Positions 1 through 10,984 of a DNA stretch of 64,000 nucleotides are shown here, piece by piece. The notes under the pieces were generated by a model. It saw nothing but the letters and a program-made list of their open reading frames with translations. It was not told where the DNA came from and ran no database searches. The stretch is from Nostoc sp. DedSLP01 (GTDB lineage Bacteria; Cyanobacteriota; Cyanobacteriia; Cyanobacteriales; Nostocaceae), in assembly GCA_034530875.2 (NCBI GenBank), contig JAVRCJ020000010.1, positions 64,001-128,000 of the forward strand, written 5' to 3'. Positions within the stretch are counted from its first letter, which is position 1. Each line of letters opens with the position of its first letter. The translations under genes and the position numbers were made by a program.

Positions 1-118
1 GATGCGTGTAGGTGTAGCTCCTGGCGTAAATTTTCCTCCCATTAGTATTATCAATTGTCCTTTTACAGTCAGAAAATTACCTTGGACTTACGCTCTACCT
101 TGGAATAAAAAGAAGTAA
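1..118 (+). CDS. Possible 3' end of a CDS entering from the left edge (…VGVAPGVNFPPISIINCPFTVRKLPWTYALPWNKKK*)
   Basis: Frame +2 is open from the window edge to TAA at 116-118; too short to assign a family. Confidence 0.35.
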   Translation, partial: MRVGVAPGVNFPPISIINCPFTVRKLPWTYALPWNKKK

Positions 119-236
119 TAAGCTGTCAGGAGCATCTAACGTCAGACATCTTTTCGTGCTGGCTAATGTGAAATTAAGAGTGGAACGAGCTGACCAACTT
201 AACAGAGTATGCGATCGAAGATTACACTGGATCTTG

Positions 237-664
237 GGAGAGAGTAGGCGCAGGCGGTTGCAGACCAGTCAATTGCTACTGGTTTGAGGAAAGTCCGGAC
301 TCCCGAAAGACCAAACTTGCTGGATAACGTCCAGTGCGAGCGATCGTGAGGATAGTGCCACAGAAAGATACCGCCAGGATTAGGGACTAGGAAATAGGGA
401 CTGGGGACTGGGTAAGAATTTTCCTAATCCCCAATCCCCAATCCCCAATTTGGTAAGGGTGCAAAGGTGCGGTAAGAGCGCACCAGCAGCATCGAGAGGT
501 GCTGGCTCGGTAAACCCCGGTTGGGAGCAAGGCCACAGGAACTACGGTTGGTCTTTTACCAGTTCCGTTCAACAAGAGCCGCTAGAGGCGTCTGGTAACA
601 GGCGTCCCAGATAGATAACTGCCCTCGCAAGAGAACAGAACCCGGCTTATGACCTACTCTTTCC
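237..664 (+). ncRNA. rnpB: RNase P RNA (bacterial type A)
   Basis: Conserved GAGGAAAGTCCGG (~287), AGTGCCACAGAAA, GGTAAACCCC and ACAGAACCCGGCTTA (~635-650); 5' GGAGAGAGTAGG pairs with 3' CCTACTCTTTCC (P1). Confidence 0.97.
377..451. repeat. STRR heptamer hairpin inside rnpB helix P12
   Basis: GGGACTA/GGGACTG-type repeats on one arm and (ATCCCCA)n on the other, between ATACCGCC and GGTAAGGGTG. Confidence 0.85.
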
Positions 665-670
665 TTTCAA

Positions 671-713
671 AATGGAGTATTAAACTTTTTAGGTTTGTAC
701 TCCATTATTTTTT
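671..713 (+). terminator. Rho-independent terminator of rnpB
   Basis: AATGGAGTA…TACTCCATT stem followed by ATTTTTT. Confidence 0.75.
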
Positions 714-747
714 GTCTGTCATATTTTGGTAATTTTCACTACAGCCC

Positions 748-778
748 TGTAGAGACGTTGCACTGCAACGTCTCTACA
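748..778. repeat. Perfect REP-like palindrome
   Basis: TGTAGAGACGTTGCA-C-TGCAACGTCTCTACA, 15-bp arms. Confidence 0.8.
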
Positions 779-835
779 ACGATAAATCAAGGGTTTTAGC
801 GTCTAATCCACATAATGCGTAGTTTTGAATTTTGT

Positions 836-865
836 TAGCGCAGCGTTCGCGAGTCTACGAGCCTC
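836..865. repeat. Small dispersed repeat inserted in an (AATTTTG)n tract
   Basis: TAGCGCAGCGTTCGCGAGTCTACGAGCCTC; related copies at 15371-15390 and 28897-28926, and a split copy at 11525-11642. Confidence 0.7.
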
Positions 866-1287
866 ATTTTGAATTTTGAATTGGTATGACGAAGTTCCAT
901 CTTTTCAAGCGTGACATTCTTCACTGGCTCCTTGAGACAACATCAAGGGAGATATGTATTCGGGTAGAGTGATTTTGAGTAAACTAAATTAATAGCCTAT
1001 TTGTACCAAAAATGTAATACACATATTACTCGTACCACTAGTCAATAGCCAAAGATTACGATTAATTTGAAAAATAGTAATCTGAAATGCCTGTAATATC
1101 ATTAATCTGGACGTTACTAGACTTAGTATCGACCTCTGTTTATTTCTGAATGATTGATAACTAACTAAGTAGGTAGACATAATTAAATGTAAAATGCCAA
1201 TCTTTAAAATCCTCTGGTCAACTGGTTTTTACCTTCTGGCTTCTGCCTCCTGCCTTCTACTTATTAATAACTCTTGACTAAGAACTG

Positions 1288-2007
1288 ATGAACCTAGTTT
1301 ATCCACGCCGTCAACGCCAACTCGAAAGCTTAGTCAAAAAGTTTGGTTTGCCAGCACAGGCACCAATCAAATGGCAACTATTAGACTTAGCGCTAACTCA
1401 TCCCACTGTTTCTGAATCGGCAAATTATGAGCAGTTGGAGTTTGTTGGCGACGCAGTGGTAAGGCTGGTGTCAGCTGTTGTGTTATGGGAAAATTACCCA
1501 GATTGCCCAGTAGGGGATTTTGCGGCAATTCGTTCGGTTTTGGTGAGCGATCGCATTCTCGCCCAATTAGCCAGAGAATATGGTTTAGAGCTATATTTAC
1601 TAGTTGCTGGTAGTGCTACAGCTGATAAAGTTGGTCAAGAGTCACGACTAGCAGATGCTTTTGAAGCAGTTCTGGGTGCGCTTTACCTAAGTACTCAGAA
1701 TCTAGAATTAATTCGTCCTTGGCTAGATCCCCACTTTCAACAACTAGCAACAGAAATTCGCCTCGATCCAGCAAGACTTAATTATAAAGCTGCTCTACAA
1801 GAATGGACGCAGGCACAATTCAAAATTTTACCAGAGTATCGCGTTGTGGAAGTTAATCAACCGCACCGCAATCAAGAACGTTTCGTTGCTGAAGTCTGGT
1901 TACACGGAAATATGCTCGGACAAGGTAAGGGACGCTCAATCAAAACTGCCGAACAAGCAGCAGCTAAAGTAGCTTTTTTAGCAATCGCAAATCAGGAAAA
2001 ACCCTGA
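1288..2007 (+). CDS. rnc: Ribonuclease III
   Basis: RNase III signature YEQLEFVGDAV, ADAFEAVLGALYL; C-terminal dsRBD (YKAALQEWTQ…GKGRSIKTAEQAAA). Confidence 0.96.
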   Translation: MNLVYPRRQRQLESLVKKFGLPAQAPIKWQLLDLALTHPTVSESANYEQLEFVGDAVVRLVSAVVLWENYPDCPVGDFAAIRSVLVSDRILAQLAREYGLELYLLVAGSATADKVGQESRLADAFEAVLGALYLSTQNLELIRPWLDPHFQQLATEIRLDPARLNYKAALQEWTQAQFKILPEYRVVEVNQPHRNQERFVAEVWLHGNMLGQGKGRSIKTAEQAAAKVAFLAIANQEKP

Positions 2008-2044
2008 ACTCAAAGGATTGTAATTAAATTAATAATTCAGTTGA

Positions 2045-2181
2045 TTGTCATTAGTCATTAGTCATTAGTTATTTGTTATTAGTTATTAGCCTTTTGTGAG
2101 GTTATCTAAAACTAATTGCCAATACTCAATGCCCACTGACCAATGACCAATGACCAATGACCAATGACTAATAACTAATAA
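2045..2181. repeat. Inverted STRR arrays (GTCATTA)n … (TGACCAA)n
   Basis: Tandem heptamers in opposite orientation in the rnc-oxidoreductase spacer. Confidence 0.85.
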
Positions 2182-2184
2182 AAA

Positions 2185-3288
2185 ATGACAAACCAAATTA
2201 AAATCGCTGTGGTCGGAGTTGGGCGCTGGGGAGTGCATTTACTGCGGAACTTTTTAGCACACCCACAGGTAAGTGTTATTGCTGTAGTAGACCCCCATCC
2301 AGAACGACTAGCGGCGGTAAAACAGCAGTTTAATTTAGAGAGTAATGTCGTATTAACAACTCAGTGGCAAGATTTAAAGCAAGTGCCTGGGCTGACAGCA
2401 GTAGCGATCGCCACTCCCGCTACTACGCATTATGCTTTAATCAAAGACGCTCTCCAAGAGGGTTACCATGTTTTGGCGGAAAAACCTCTAACTCTTAACC
2501 CCGCAGAATGCCGGGAACTTTGCCAGCTAGCAGAGCAGCATCAGTTAATACTGATGGTTGACCACACTTATTTATTTCACCCAGCAGTTGAGCGCGGACA
2601 AGCTGTAGTTCAAGACGGCAAATTAGGGGATCTCCGCTACGGCTATGCCACCCGTACCCATCTAGGCCCCGTGCGGCAAGATGTTGATGCGCTGTGGGAC
2701 TTAGCCATTCACGATATTGCTATTTTTAATACATGGCTGGGTCAATTCCCTGTAAAAGTACAGGCAACAGGTACGGTGTGGCTACAAGGGGAGGGAAGTA
2801 GGGAATGGGGAGTAGGGAATAGGGGAATTAACGATTCCCTACTCCCCACTCCCAACTCCCCATCTCAAGGTTTGGCTGACCTAGTATGGCTAACACTGAC
2901 ATACCCAAATAACTTTCAAGCTTATATTCACTTGTGTTGGCTGAATCCCGATAAGCAACGACGGTTGGGAATTGTAGGCAGCCTTGGCAGCTTAATTTTT
3001 GATGAAATGTCGCGATCGTCACCTTTAACCCTACTGCATGGGGAGTTTGAACGGCAGGGCAATCAATTTATTCCTGTAAATCAAAGTCAGGTGATGCTGG
3101 AATTAGAGCCAAGAGAACCATTGCAGCAAGTTTGCGATCGCTTTGTTGTCTCTATCCTTAACAATACTCCCTCAGAAGTTTCCTCTGGCTGGGTCGGCAC
3201 ACAGTTAGTAGAAATTCTTACTGCTCTGACAGTATCTCTTCAAGAAGGCGGCAAACCTATTTTTCTCAATCGAGAATTAAAATCCTAA
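2185..3288 (+). CDS. Gfo/Idh/MocA family NAD(P)-dependent oxidoreductase
   Basis: GVGRWG Rossmann motif, ATPATTH, HVLAEKP, WDLAIHD. Confidence 0.9.
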   Translation: MTNQIKIAVVGVGRWGVHLLRNFLAHPQVSVIAVVDPHPERLAAVKQQFNLESNVVLTTQWQDLKQVPGLTAVAIATPATTHYALIKDALQEGYHVLAEKPLTLNPAECRELCQLAEQHQLILMVDHTYLFHPAVERGQAVVQDGKLGDLRYGYATRTHLGPVRQDVDALWDLAIHDIAIFNTWLGQFPVKVQATGTVWLQGEGSREWGVGNRGINDSLLPTPNSPSQGLADLVWLTLTYPNNFQAYIHLCWLNPDKQRRLGIVGSLGSLIFDEMSRSSPLTLLHGEFERQGNQFIPVNQSQVMLELEPREPLQQVCDRFVVSILNNTPSEVSSGWVGTQLVEILTALTVSLQEGGKPIFLNRELKS

Positions 3289-3515
3289 CAAACGCAAGCA
3301 AATACAAAAATCAATATTAGCAGGAGTCAAATTCAAAGAAAGTGGGGAGCAGGGACAATATGCTTAAAAGCATAGGATTAAAGCAAGCAAGGATGCAGTA
3401 TTTCTTGCGCTGCACGGTCTCGAAATACATCTTCTTTTTTAGGGGGCTTATATCCCCCAACTAAAGTTACTTAGTTTCGCTACTCCCTACTCCCTCTTTT
3501 TGGTCACATTTAATT

Positions 3516-3578
3516 TACAGCAGTTTGCAAATAAATGAAGTATACAACTGGAGAATTCAATATAGAAATTCTTCTTTT
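3516..3578. repeat. Partial MITE-like end, inverted copy of 11660-11722
   Basis: TACAGCAGTTTGCAAATAAATGAAGTATACAACTGGAGAATTCAATATAGAAATTCTTCTTT matches the reverse complement of 11660-11722 with few mismatches. Confidence 0.8.
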
Positions 3579-3920
3579 CCCTCCTGACTTGAAAGAGCAG
3601 GGGGAGCAGGGGAGGCAGGGGGAGAAAGACACAGCTAAACCATCGAAAACTTTATGATTATCTTATCATTCTTGCTTTTTGGTGATTTTATTCCTTAGAA
3701 GTCCCTGCATTCATCATTTTGTTTTTTGCTATGGCTTTCCCAATGGTATTGCTAGTAGCTAACCTGGCTGCTTAATAATATTAAGAGCGAAAAATTTGAG
3801 TCTTTGATGTAGCAGACGTGAGCTATGCAAGCGTTAATGGGAATACTAGCAGAGTGTAGACGCACTCTGCACGGCTTTTTAAAGAGAAGCAAAAAGCAAC
3901 TTTTCTCAGAATATATATAA

Positions 3921-6900
3921 ATGGCTACTCAAAACCCCAGTCCAATTATTCCCGGATACCAAATTAGCTCTCAACTTTATGCAGGCTCCAGAACCAGAGT
4001 ATATCGAGCTATTCGAGAACAAGATAGACTCGCAGTGGTCATCAAACTTTTGACTTCAGCATATCCCAACTTCAACGAATTACTACAATTTCGCAACCAA
4101 TATACCATTAGCAAAAATCTCAACATTCCCGGAATCATTCATCCTTTATCATTAGAACCCTATGGTAATGGTTATATTTTGGTAATGGAAGATACGGGAG
4201 GAGTGGCTTTACAAGAATACATTCAAACCACTACTCTTTCTCTGGTAGAACTTTTAACAATCGCCATTCAATTAACTGATATTTTCCACGATTTACATCA
4301 CAACCGTGTTATCCATAAAGATATCAAACCTGCCAATATTCTGATTCATCCCCAAACAAAACAAGTCCAACTGATTGATTTTAGTATTGCCTCTCTCTTA
4401 CCTAAAGAAACCCAAGAAATTACAAATCCCAATGTCTTAGAAGGTACACTTACTTATATTTCTCCCGAACAAACCGGAAGAATGAACCGAGGCATAGACT
4501 ACCGTAGCGATTTTTATGCGCTGGGTGTGACATTTTATGAATTATTAACTGGAGAGTTACCATTTATCTCAGATGACCCAATGAAGTTGGTGCATTGTCA
4601 TATTGCACAACAACCGCCAAAGCTAGAAGGCAGGAGGGAAGAAATACCAACAGTCTTAGGCAAGATAATCAACAAGTTGATGGCGAAAAATGCCGAAGAT
4701 AGATATCAAAGTGCGTTGGGGTTAAAGCATGATTTAGCAACTTGTTTGGCGCAACTTCAAGATACAGGAGAAATTACAGATTTTGTCATTGGCAAGCGGG
4801 ATATTTGCGATCGCTTTTTAATTCCCGAAAAACTCTATGGACGAGAATCAGAAGTTGCTACCTTGTTACAAGCTTTTGAGCGTGTTGCCAATGGAACAGC
4901 AGAAATGATGCTGGTGGCGGGATTCTCTGGAATTGGTAAAACTGCCGTCGTCAATGAAGTCCACAAGCCCATTACGCGGCAGCAGGGGTACTTTATTAAA
5001 GGTAAATTCGATCAATTCAATCGCAATATTCCCTTCTCTGCGTTTGTGCAAGCTTTGCGCGATTTGATGGGGCAGTTGTTGTCAGAATCCGATGCACAAT
5101 TAGCCCAGTGGCGAAGCAAGATCCTCTCAGTTGTGGCAGACAATGGTCAAGTTATTATTGAGGTGATTCCAGAACTAGAGCGAGTAATTGGCAAACAACT
5201 GCCTGCGCCAGAACTGTCGGGAAATGCGGCACAGAATCGGTTTAACTTATTATTCCAAAAGTTTATTGCTGTATTTACCAAAGCAGAACACCCTTTAGTG
5301 ATGTTTTTGGATGACTTGCAGTGGGCAGATTTAGCTTCCCTGCAATTAATTAAACTGCTGATGGAGGATCGGCGTTATCTGCTGTTGTTAGGGGCTTATC
5401 GAGATAATGAAGTACAACCTGCCCACCCGTTTATCTTGACGGTGGAGGAACTAAAGAAAGCTGGCAAGACTGTCAATACAATTACCCTCGCTCCCCTGAC
5501 TTTGAGCGATACGAATCAGTTAGTTGCTGATACCTTGCATTGTACGGTTGAGCGAACGCTTCCTTTGACAGAATTAATCGATCGCAAAACTCAAGGTAAT
5601 CCCTTTTTTATCACCCAGTTTCTCAAAAGCTTACACGAAGACGGGCAGATTACATTTAATCGCCATCAAGGCTATTGGGAATGCGATATTGCTCAAATCA
5701 AGGCACTATCTCTTACCGATGATGTGGTGGAATTTCTTACCAATCAGTTGTATAAATTACCTAAGGAGACGCAAAATGTACTGAAGCTAGCCGCTTGCAT
5801 TGGCAACTGTTTTGATTTAAAAACCTTGGCAATCGTTTCACAGCAGTCTGCAACCAATGCTGCAACAGCTTTATGGAAAGCGTTGCAAGAGGGCTTAATT
5901 TTGCCAACCAGCCAGAGTTACAAGTTCTTTCAGGCAGACAGTAGCGAACTTGATTCCCAAACAACGGTTGACGATCGCTGTGTCAATTTAACTTATCGCT
6001 TCCTGCACGATCGCATCCAACAAGCTGCTTACAAGCTAATTGCGGAAGATGACAAACAAGCAACTCATCTGGCGATCGGTCAATTATTACACGCTAGTAC
6101 ACCTGAAACTGAACTAGAAGCAAATATCTTTGAAATTGTCAATCACCTGAATATAGGCATTGACTTACTCGTTCAGCCTGATCGAAAACTTGAGTTAGCC
6201 CAACTGAATTTAATTGCAGGGCGCAAAGCAAAAGCGGCGATCGCTTATAATGCTGCCGTCAACTACTTCACCCAAGGCATTGATTTACTACCTTCTAATA
6301 CCTGGACAGAACATTACAAATTAACCCTGAATCTGCATGACGAGCGTCTGGAAGCTGCCTGCTTGAATACAGACTTTGACAAGCTAGCAGTGTGGGGTGA
6401 CATTGTGTTGCAATCTGCTACTTCTTTACTGGACACCATCAAAGTCTATGAAACCCGAATGATGGCATTCCGGTCTCAAGGTCAATTTGCCAAAGTAGTT
6501 GAGACTGGGTTGCAAGTTTTGAAATTACTCGGCGTGGAATTTCCAGTACAGGTAAATATAGCAGATATTAGTGCAGCTGCCGAACAGACAAGGCAACTGT
6601 GGATGGGACGCGCACCCTTAACCTTGCTGGATTTAGCTATAATGAGCGATCCGCATCAACTGGCAGCCATGCAAATCCTGACAAAACTAGTGCCTTCTGC
6701 ACATATTGCAGCTCCTCTACTTTTACCACTACTTATCTTCAAGCAAGTGGAGGTGTCTATTCAGTATGGAAATTCACCTATTGCCATTTTTTCATACGCA
6801 GACTACGGATTGATTCTCTGTGGTGTTATAGAAGATATTGATGCTGGGTATGAGTTTGGACAACTTTCATTAAAATTACTAGAACAACAGCAGATTAACG

Positions 6901-9900
6901 CTTTTAAAAGCAGGGCTTACTTTATTGTCAACAGCTTTATTCGGCACTGGAAAGAACCATTAAATCGCAGTATCCCATGTTTGCTAGAAGCGTATCACAG
7001 CGGCTTAGAAAGTGGAGATTGGGAATCCGTAGCGTTGAGCTTAGTGGCATATAGTCAGTATAGTTATTGGAGTGGTCGAGAATTAAATGATTTGGCTGAG
7101 GAAATGGAGACTTATCAGCAAGTCATCAGTCAAGTCAAACAAGAAGCAACGTTAAAATATCTAGAGTGTTACCAGCAAGCGATTCTCAATTTATTAGGAC
7201 AAGCGGAAGTTCCTTATTATTTACAGGGCAAAGTCTTCGATGCCGCCGAAATCTTGCCCAGCTTGCAATCTGCCAGCAATCGCACGGGGTTATTTTATCT
7301 TCATCTCAATCAACTTGTTCTGTGTTATTTGTTCGGAGAATACGAAGTAGCCTCACAACAAGCAGCCTTAGCACAGCAGTATAGTGATGCTGTGATTGCC
7401 TATTTCATGGTAGTTGTCCGGGTTTTTTATGATGCTTTAATTCATCTAGCACGCTACACCGATGCTAACGCCCAAGAAAAATCAGTTATTTTAGAGCAAA
7501 TCAATGCCCATCAAGAAAAACTACAAACTTGGGCTACTTATGCTCCATTCAATCATCAACATCGCTGTTCGCTTGTGGCAGCAGAACGCTATCGAGTACT
7601 TGGTCAATTTGCTGAGGCGATGGAACATTACGATTTAGCTATTGCCCAAGCCAAAACGCATGGTTACGTGCAAGAAGAAGCACTCAGCAATGAACTGGCT
7701 GCTAAATTTTACCTCAGTTGGGGCAAACAGAAGGTGGCCGTAAGCTATATGCAGGAAGCATACTACTGTTACGCTCGTTGGGGCGCGAAAGCCAAAACCG
7801 ACGATCTAGAAAACCGCTACCCCAATTTACTGCACCTGATTCTTCAGCAGGGAGTACAACCTCTGAATCTACTGGAAACACTATCACAGAATGCTACTCA
7901 ACTTTCGGTTTATAGCTCCGCTGATTTGAGCCGTGACTCTAGCATCAGCATTAATACTCTCGATTTTGCTGCTATCCTCAAAGCCTCTCAAAGCCTCTCT
8001 GGCACGATTCAATTGGATGAACTGTTGCACCAACTGACTCAGATTATTCTGCAACATTCTGGGGGCGATCGCTGTGCCTTAATCCTACCTAATAATCAAG
8101 GAGAATGGGAGGTGAGAGCCATTGCCACACCCGAAACTACAAAACTGTATTCCCAACCCCTAGAAAACAATCCCGATTTACCTCTCAAGTTGATACAGTA
8201 CGTCAAAAACACCCAAGAAGTTGTGGTGATTGACGAGCTAAAAACCAATTTACCTGTAATTGATGAATATTTACGTCAACGACAACCAAAAAGTTTGCTG
8301 TGCTTGCCGATTCTCAATCAAGGGCATTTAATTGGGATTTTGTATTTGAAGAATAGCTCCACCAGTGCAGTGTTTACGAGTAATCGCATCCTCATTCTCA
8401 ACTTTCTTTGTACCCAAGCGGCGATTTCTCTGGAAAATGCCCGTCTGTATCAAAATTCACAAATTTATGCTCAACAATTAGAAGAATCTCTAGAAAAGCT
8501 ACGGCTCAGTGAAGCCCGCTTTCAAAAACTAGCAGATAATGTTCCTGGTTTGATTTATCAAATTCGGATTAAAGCCGATGGTTCATCTTCAGTACCCTAC
8601 GTCAGTTCTGGGTGTCAAACTCTTTACGAAGTAGCACCAGAAGATGTGAAGTTAGGGAAATACAGTCTGCGTGATTTTGAACATCCCGAAGATAAAGCAG
8701 AGGCTTTTCGGGCAACTATCGAGTCAGCCAAAAATCTTACCCCATTTCGACATGAGTGGCGTATTGTTACGCCCAATGGGAATATCAAATGGGTAAAAGC
8801 CGCTGCCCAGCCAGAACTCAGGGAGGATGGTGAAATGGTATGGGATGGAATGCTAATTGATATTAGCGATCGCAAACGTGCTGAACAAGAGCAGCAGAGA
8901 CTTTTGGAGATTTTGGCTGCTACCCCAGATATTATCGGCATTGCAGATACTAATGGTAATAGTCTCTACATTAATCCAGCTGGACAGAGATTTTGGCAGA
9001 TGGAAGATAGTACGGCTGAATTTCACATTTCTACTGTCACCCCACCTACAGCAATGGAATATCTGCAATCCGTCGCTATTCCCACCGCTATCCGCCAAGG
9101 AACTTGGAGTGGTGAGTCAGCCATTTTCGACTCCCAAGGCAATGAAATTCCTGTTTCTCAGGTAATCATTGCTCAAAAAAATGCCGTTGACGAAATTGAA
9201 TATCTGGCAACCATTATTCGAGATATTAGCGATCGCAAACAAGCTGAAACTGCAATTGAGCAAAAATCCCAGGAACTTAAAAAAGCTCTACAAGAACTAC
9301 AACAAGCCCAACTACAAATGGTGCAAAATGAAAAAATGTCTGCACTAGGTAACTTAGTTGCTGGGGTAGCCCATGAAATGAACAATCCGCTTGGCTTTAT
9401 CTCTGCAAGTCTTCTACAAGCTAAACCCACTGTGGCTGATATCACCGAACACCTGAAACTATATCAAAAAACTCTACCCAATCCCCAAGAGGAAATCAAA
9501 GACCATGCCCAAGAAATTGACTTGGATTATAGCTTAGAAGACTTGCCGAAGATAATCGATGCAATGGTAATAGCTTGTGAAAGATTGAAAAATATTAGCA
9601 CCAGCTTAAGAACCTTCTCCCGTGCAGATAAAGATTATAAAGTGCCATTTAACATCAATGAAGGTATTGACAGTACAATTTTAATTCTCAAACATCGCCT
9701 CAAAGCTAACGAACGACGTCCAGAAATTGAAGTGGTCACTGAGTACGCTAATTTCTCACCAATTCCATGTTTTCCTGGACAACTAAATCAGGTATTTATG
9801 AATATCCTGGCTAATGCTATTGATGCTTTGGATGAGTCAAATGCCGAGCGTAGTTTTAAGGAAATTCAAGCAAATCCTCACAAAATTATTATTAAAACTT

Positions 9901-10157
9901 CAATTGAAAATCACAACGTAAAAATATCAATTGCTGATAATGGCAAAGGAATGAGTGAAGATGTAAAAACACAGATATTCGACGATTTATTTACCACGAA
10001 ACCAGTTGGTAAAGGTACAGGATTAGGACTAGCTATTGCTCGGCAAATTGTGGAAGAAAAGCATGGTGGAAGAATTGAAGTTAATTCTGCTTTAGGATCG
10101 GGAACGGAATTTATAATTTCCATTCCAGTTACAGATGAATTTACTAAAATTCATTAG
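3921..10157 (+). CDS. HstK-type multi-domain Ser/Thr kinase / AAA ATPase / GAF / 2xPAS / histidine kinase
   Basis: HKDIKPAN and DFS kinase motifs, Walker A GFSGIGKT, Walker B FLDDLQWAD, GAF (LLCLPIL…AAISLENA), PAS/PAC (DISDRK x2), H-box VAHEMNNP, G-boxes DNGKG and GTGLGL. Confidence 0.93.
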   Translation: MATQNPSPIIPGYQISSQLYAGSRTRVYRAIREQDRLAVVIKLLTSAYPNFNELLQFRNQYTISKNLNIPGIIHPLSLEPYGNGYILVMEDTGGVALQEYIQTTTLSLVELLTIAIQLTDIFHDLHHNRVIHKDIKPANILIHPQTKQVQLIDFSIASLLPKETQEITNPNVLEGTLTYISPEQTGRMNRGIDYRSDFYALGVTFYELLTGELPFISDDPMKLVHCHIAQQPPKLEGRREEIPTVLGKIINKLMAKNAEDRYQSALGLKHDLATCLAQLQDTGEITDFVIGKRDICDRFLIPEKLYGRESEVATLLQAFERVANGTAEMMLVAGFSGIGKTAVVNEVHKPITRQQGYFIKGKFDQFNRNIPFSAFVQALRDLMGQLLSESDAQLAQWRSKILSVVADNGQVIIEVIPELERVIGKQLPAPELSGNAAQNRFNLLFQKFIAVFTKAEHPLVMFLDDLQWADLASLQLIKLLMEDRRYLLLLGAYRDNEVQPAHPFILTVEELKKAGKTVNTITLAPLTLSDTNQLVADTLHCTVERTLPLTELIDRKTQGNPFFITQFLKSLHEDGQITFNRHQGYWECDIAQIKALSLTDDVVEFLTNQLYKLPKETQNVLKLAACIGNCFDLKTLAIVSQQSATNAATALWKALQEGLILPTSQSYKFFQADSSELDSQTTVDDRCVNLTYRFLHDRIQQAAYKLIAEDDKQATHLAIGQLLHASTPETELEANIFEIVNHLNIGIDLLVQPDRKLELAQLNLIAGRKAKAAIAYNAAVNYFTQGIDLLPSNTWTEHYKLTLNLHDERLEAACLNTDFDKLAVWGDIVLQSATSLLDTIKVYETRMMAFRSQGQFAKVVETGLQVLKLLGVEFPVQVNIADISAAAEQTRQLWMGRAPLTLLDLAIMSDPHQLAAMQILTKLVPSAHIAAPLLLPLLIFKQVEVSIQYGNSPIAIFSYADYGLILCGVIEDIDAGYEFGQLSLKLLEQQQINAFKSRAYFIVNSFIRHWKEPLNRSIPCLLEAYHSGLESGDWESVALSLVAYSQYSYWSGRELNDLAEEMETYQQVISQVKQEATLKYLECYQQAILNLLGQAEVPYYLQGKVFDAAEILPSLQSASNRTGLFYLHLNQLVLCYLFGEYEVASQQAALAQQYSDAVIAYFMVVVRVFYDALIHLARYTDANAQEKSVILEQINAHQEKLQTWATYAPFNHQHRCSLVAAERYRVLGQFAEAMEHYDLAIAQAKTHGYVQEEALSNELAAKFYLSWGKQKVAVSYMQEAYYCYARWGAKAKTDDLENRYPNLLHLILQQGVQPLNLLETLSQNATQLSVYSSADLSRDSSISINTLDFAAILKASQSLSGTIQLDELLHQLTQIILQHSGGDRCALILPNNQGEWEVRAIATPETTKLYSQPLENNPDLPLKLIQYVKNTQEVVVIDELKTNLPVIDEYLRQRQPKSLLCLPILNQGHLIGILYLKNSSTSAVFTSNRILILNFLCTQAAISLENARLYQNSQIYAQQLEESLEKLRLSEARFQKLADNVPGLIYQIRIKADGSSSVPYVSSGCQTLYEVAPEDVKLGKYSLRDFEHPEDKAEAFRATIESAKNLTPFRHEWRIVTPNGNIKWVKAAAQPELREDGEMVWDGMLIDISDRKRAEQEQQRLLEILAATPDIIGIADTNGNSLYINPAGQRFWQMEDSTAEFHISTVTPPTAMEYLQSVAIPTAIRQGTWSGESAIFDSQGNEIPVSQVIIAQKNAVDEIEYLATIIRDISDRKQAETAIEQKSQELKKALQELQQAQLQMVQNEKMSALGNLVAGVAHEMNNPLGFISASLLQAKPTVADITEHLKLYQKTLPNPQEEIKDHAQEIDLDYSLEDLPKIIDAMVIACERLKNISTSLRTFSRADKDYKVPFNINEGIDSTILILKHRLKANERRPEIEVVTEYANFSPIPCFPGQLNQVFMNILANAIDALDESNAERSFKEIQANPHKIIIKTSIENHNVKISIADNGKGMSEDVKTQIFDDLFTTKPVGKGTGLGLAIARQIVEEKHGGRIEVNSALGSGTEFIISIPVTDEFTKIH

Positions 10158-10527
10158 CGAAACAATTTTCATAAATAAATTTAGGGGCTTGTGACCCGGA
10201 CGCAGGGCAAAATATAGTTTCTCCCTTCTAGCTTGCAAATCCTTCTTCGATGAGTATCTATATAGGTCAGCTTCACATTGCATTTTCATGCAAGGCTTGT
10301 GAAACTTGTGTCATCCCGACTGCCTTCTGCCTTTCTTCGGCCATCAGCCTAAGAGGCCTACCCTTCAGATGGAGTGGCTTTTTTCTCAAAGAGCTTAACC
10401 CGAACTCAGGTTACGTATCACAAAAAAAACTCATAATTTATAGAAAAAATTAGTTCTAGATTCTGGAATTGGAATTTGATTGTGCGTATCTACCCTATGA
10501 ACAAAATCAATTCCATCACTTACTTAT

Positions 10528-10797
10528 ATGAAATCTTCCACCCCAGAATTAATTCGAGCTATAACGCCAATGTTTATAGCGACTATTGGAGCAGTCATTG
10601 CTGTTGCTGTTATATTCTCGCCAAATGCAAAAGACCAATCCCAAATGTCTGCTGGGTTTGGACTTGCAGGAACAGCAATAGCTGGTGCTGCTGGTCTTGC
10701 TCAAAGCAGCAAAAATGAGCCTGACTTTTCAGTGAGCAAGCAGGGAGAAAATTTGAAAGTTGAAACCCCAAACTCTGAGTCAGCGGATGAAAGGTAA
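10528..10797 (+). CDS. Small two-TM hypothetical membrane protein
   Basis: 89 aa with two Gly/Ala-rich hydrophobic segments (FIATIGAVIAVAVIF; AGFGLAGTAIAGAAGLA); followed by a hairpin. Confidence 0.7.
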   Translation: MKSSTPELIRAITPMFIATIGAVIAVAVIFSPNAKDQSQMSAGFGLAGTAIAGAAGLAQSSKNEPDFSVSKQGENLKVETPNSESADER

Positions 10798-10835
10798 GTT
10801 TCTCTAATAGAATCTGGCAGTAATTGTATTTATCT

Positions 10836-10872
10836 TTTGAGCCATTTCTTCTAATAATAAATGGCTCAAAAA
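10836..10872. terminator. Hairpin / putative terminator
   Basis: TTTTGAGCCATTT…AAATGGCTCAAAA inverted repeat. Confidence 0.55.
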
Positions 10873-10984
10873 ATTGATTACATTTGAGCAAATTTTAGTA
10901 AAAACATTATTGATAAAGCACCTTATTGAGGTGTGATAATAATCGTTTGTCTCAACAATCTTAGCAAATCGATATCAAATCAAT

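Noticed and set aside
387..575. 62-aa minus-strand ORF
   Set aside because: It is antisense to rnpB and partly translated STRR.
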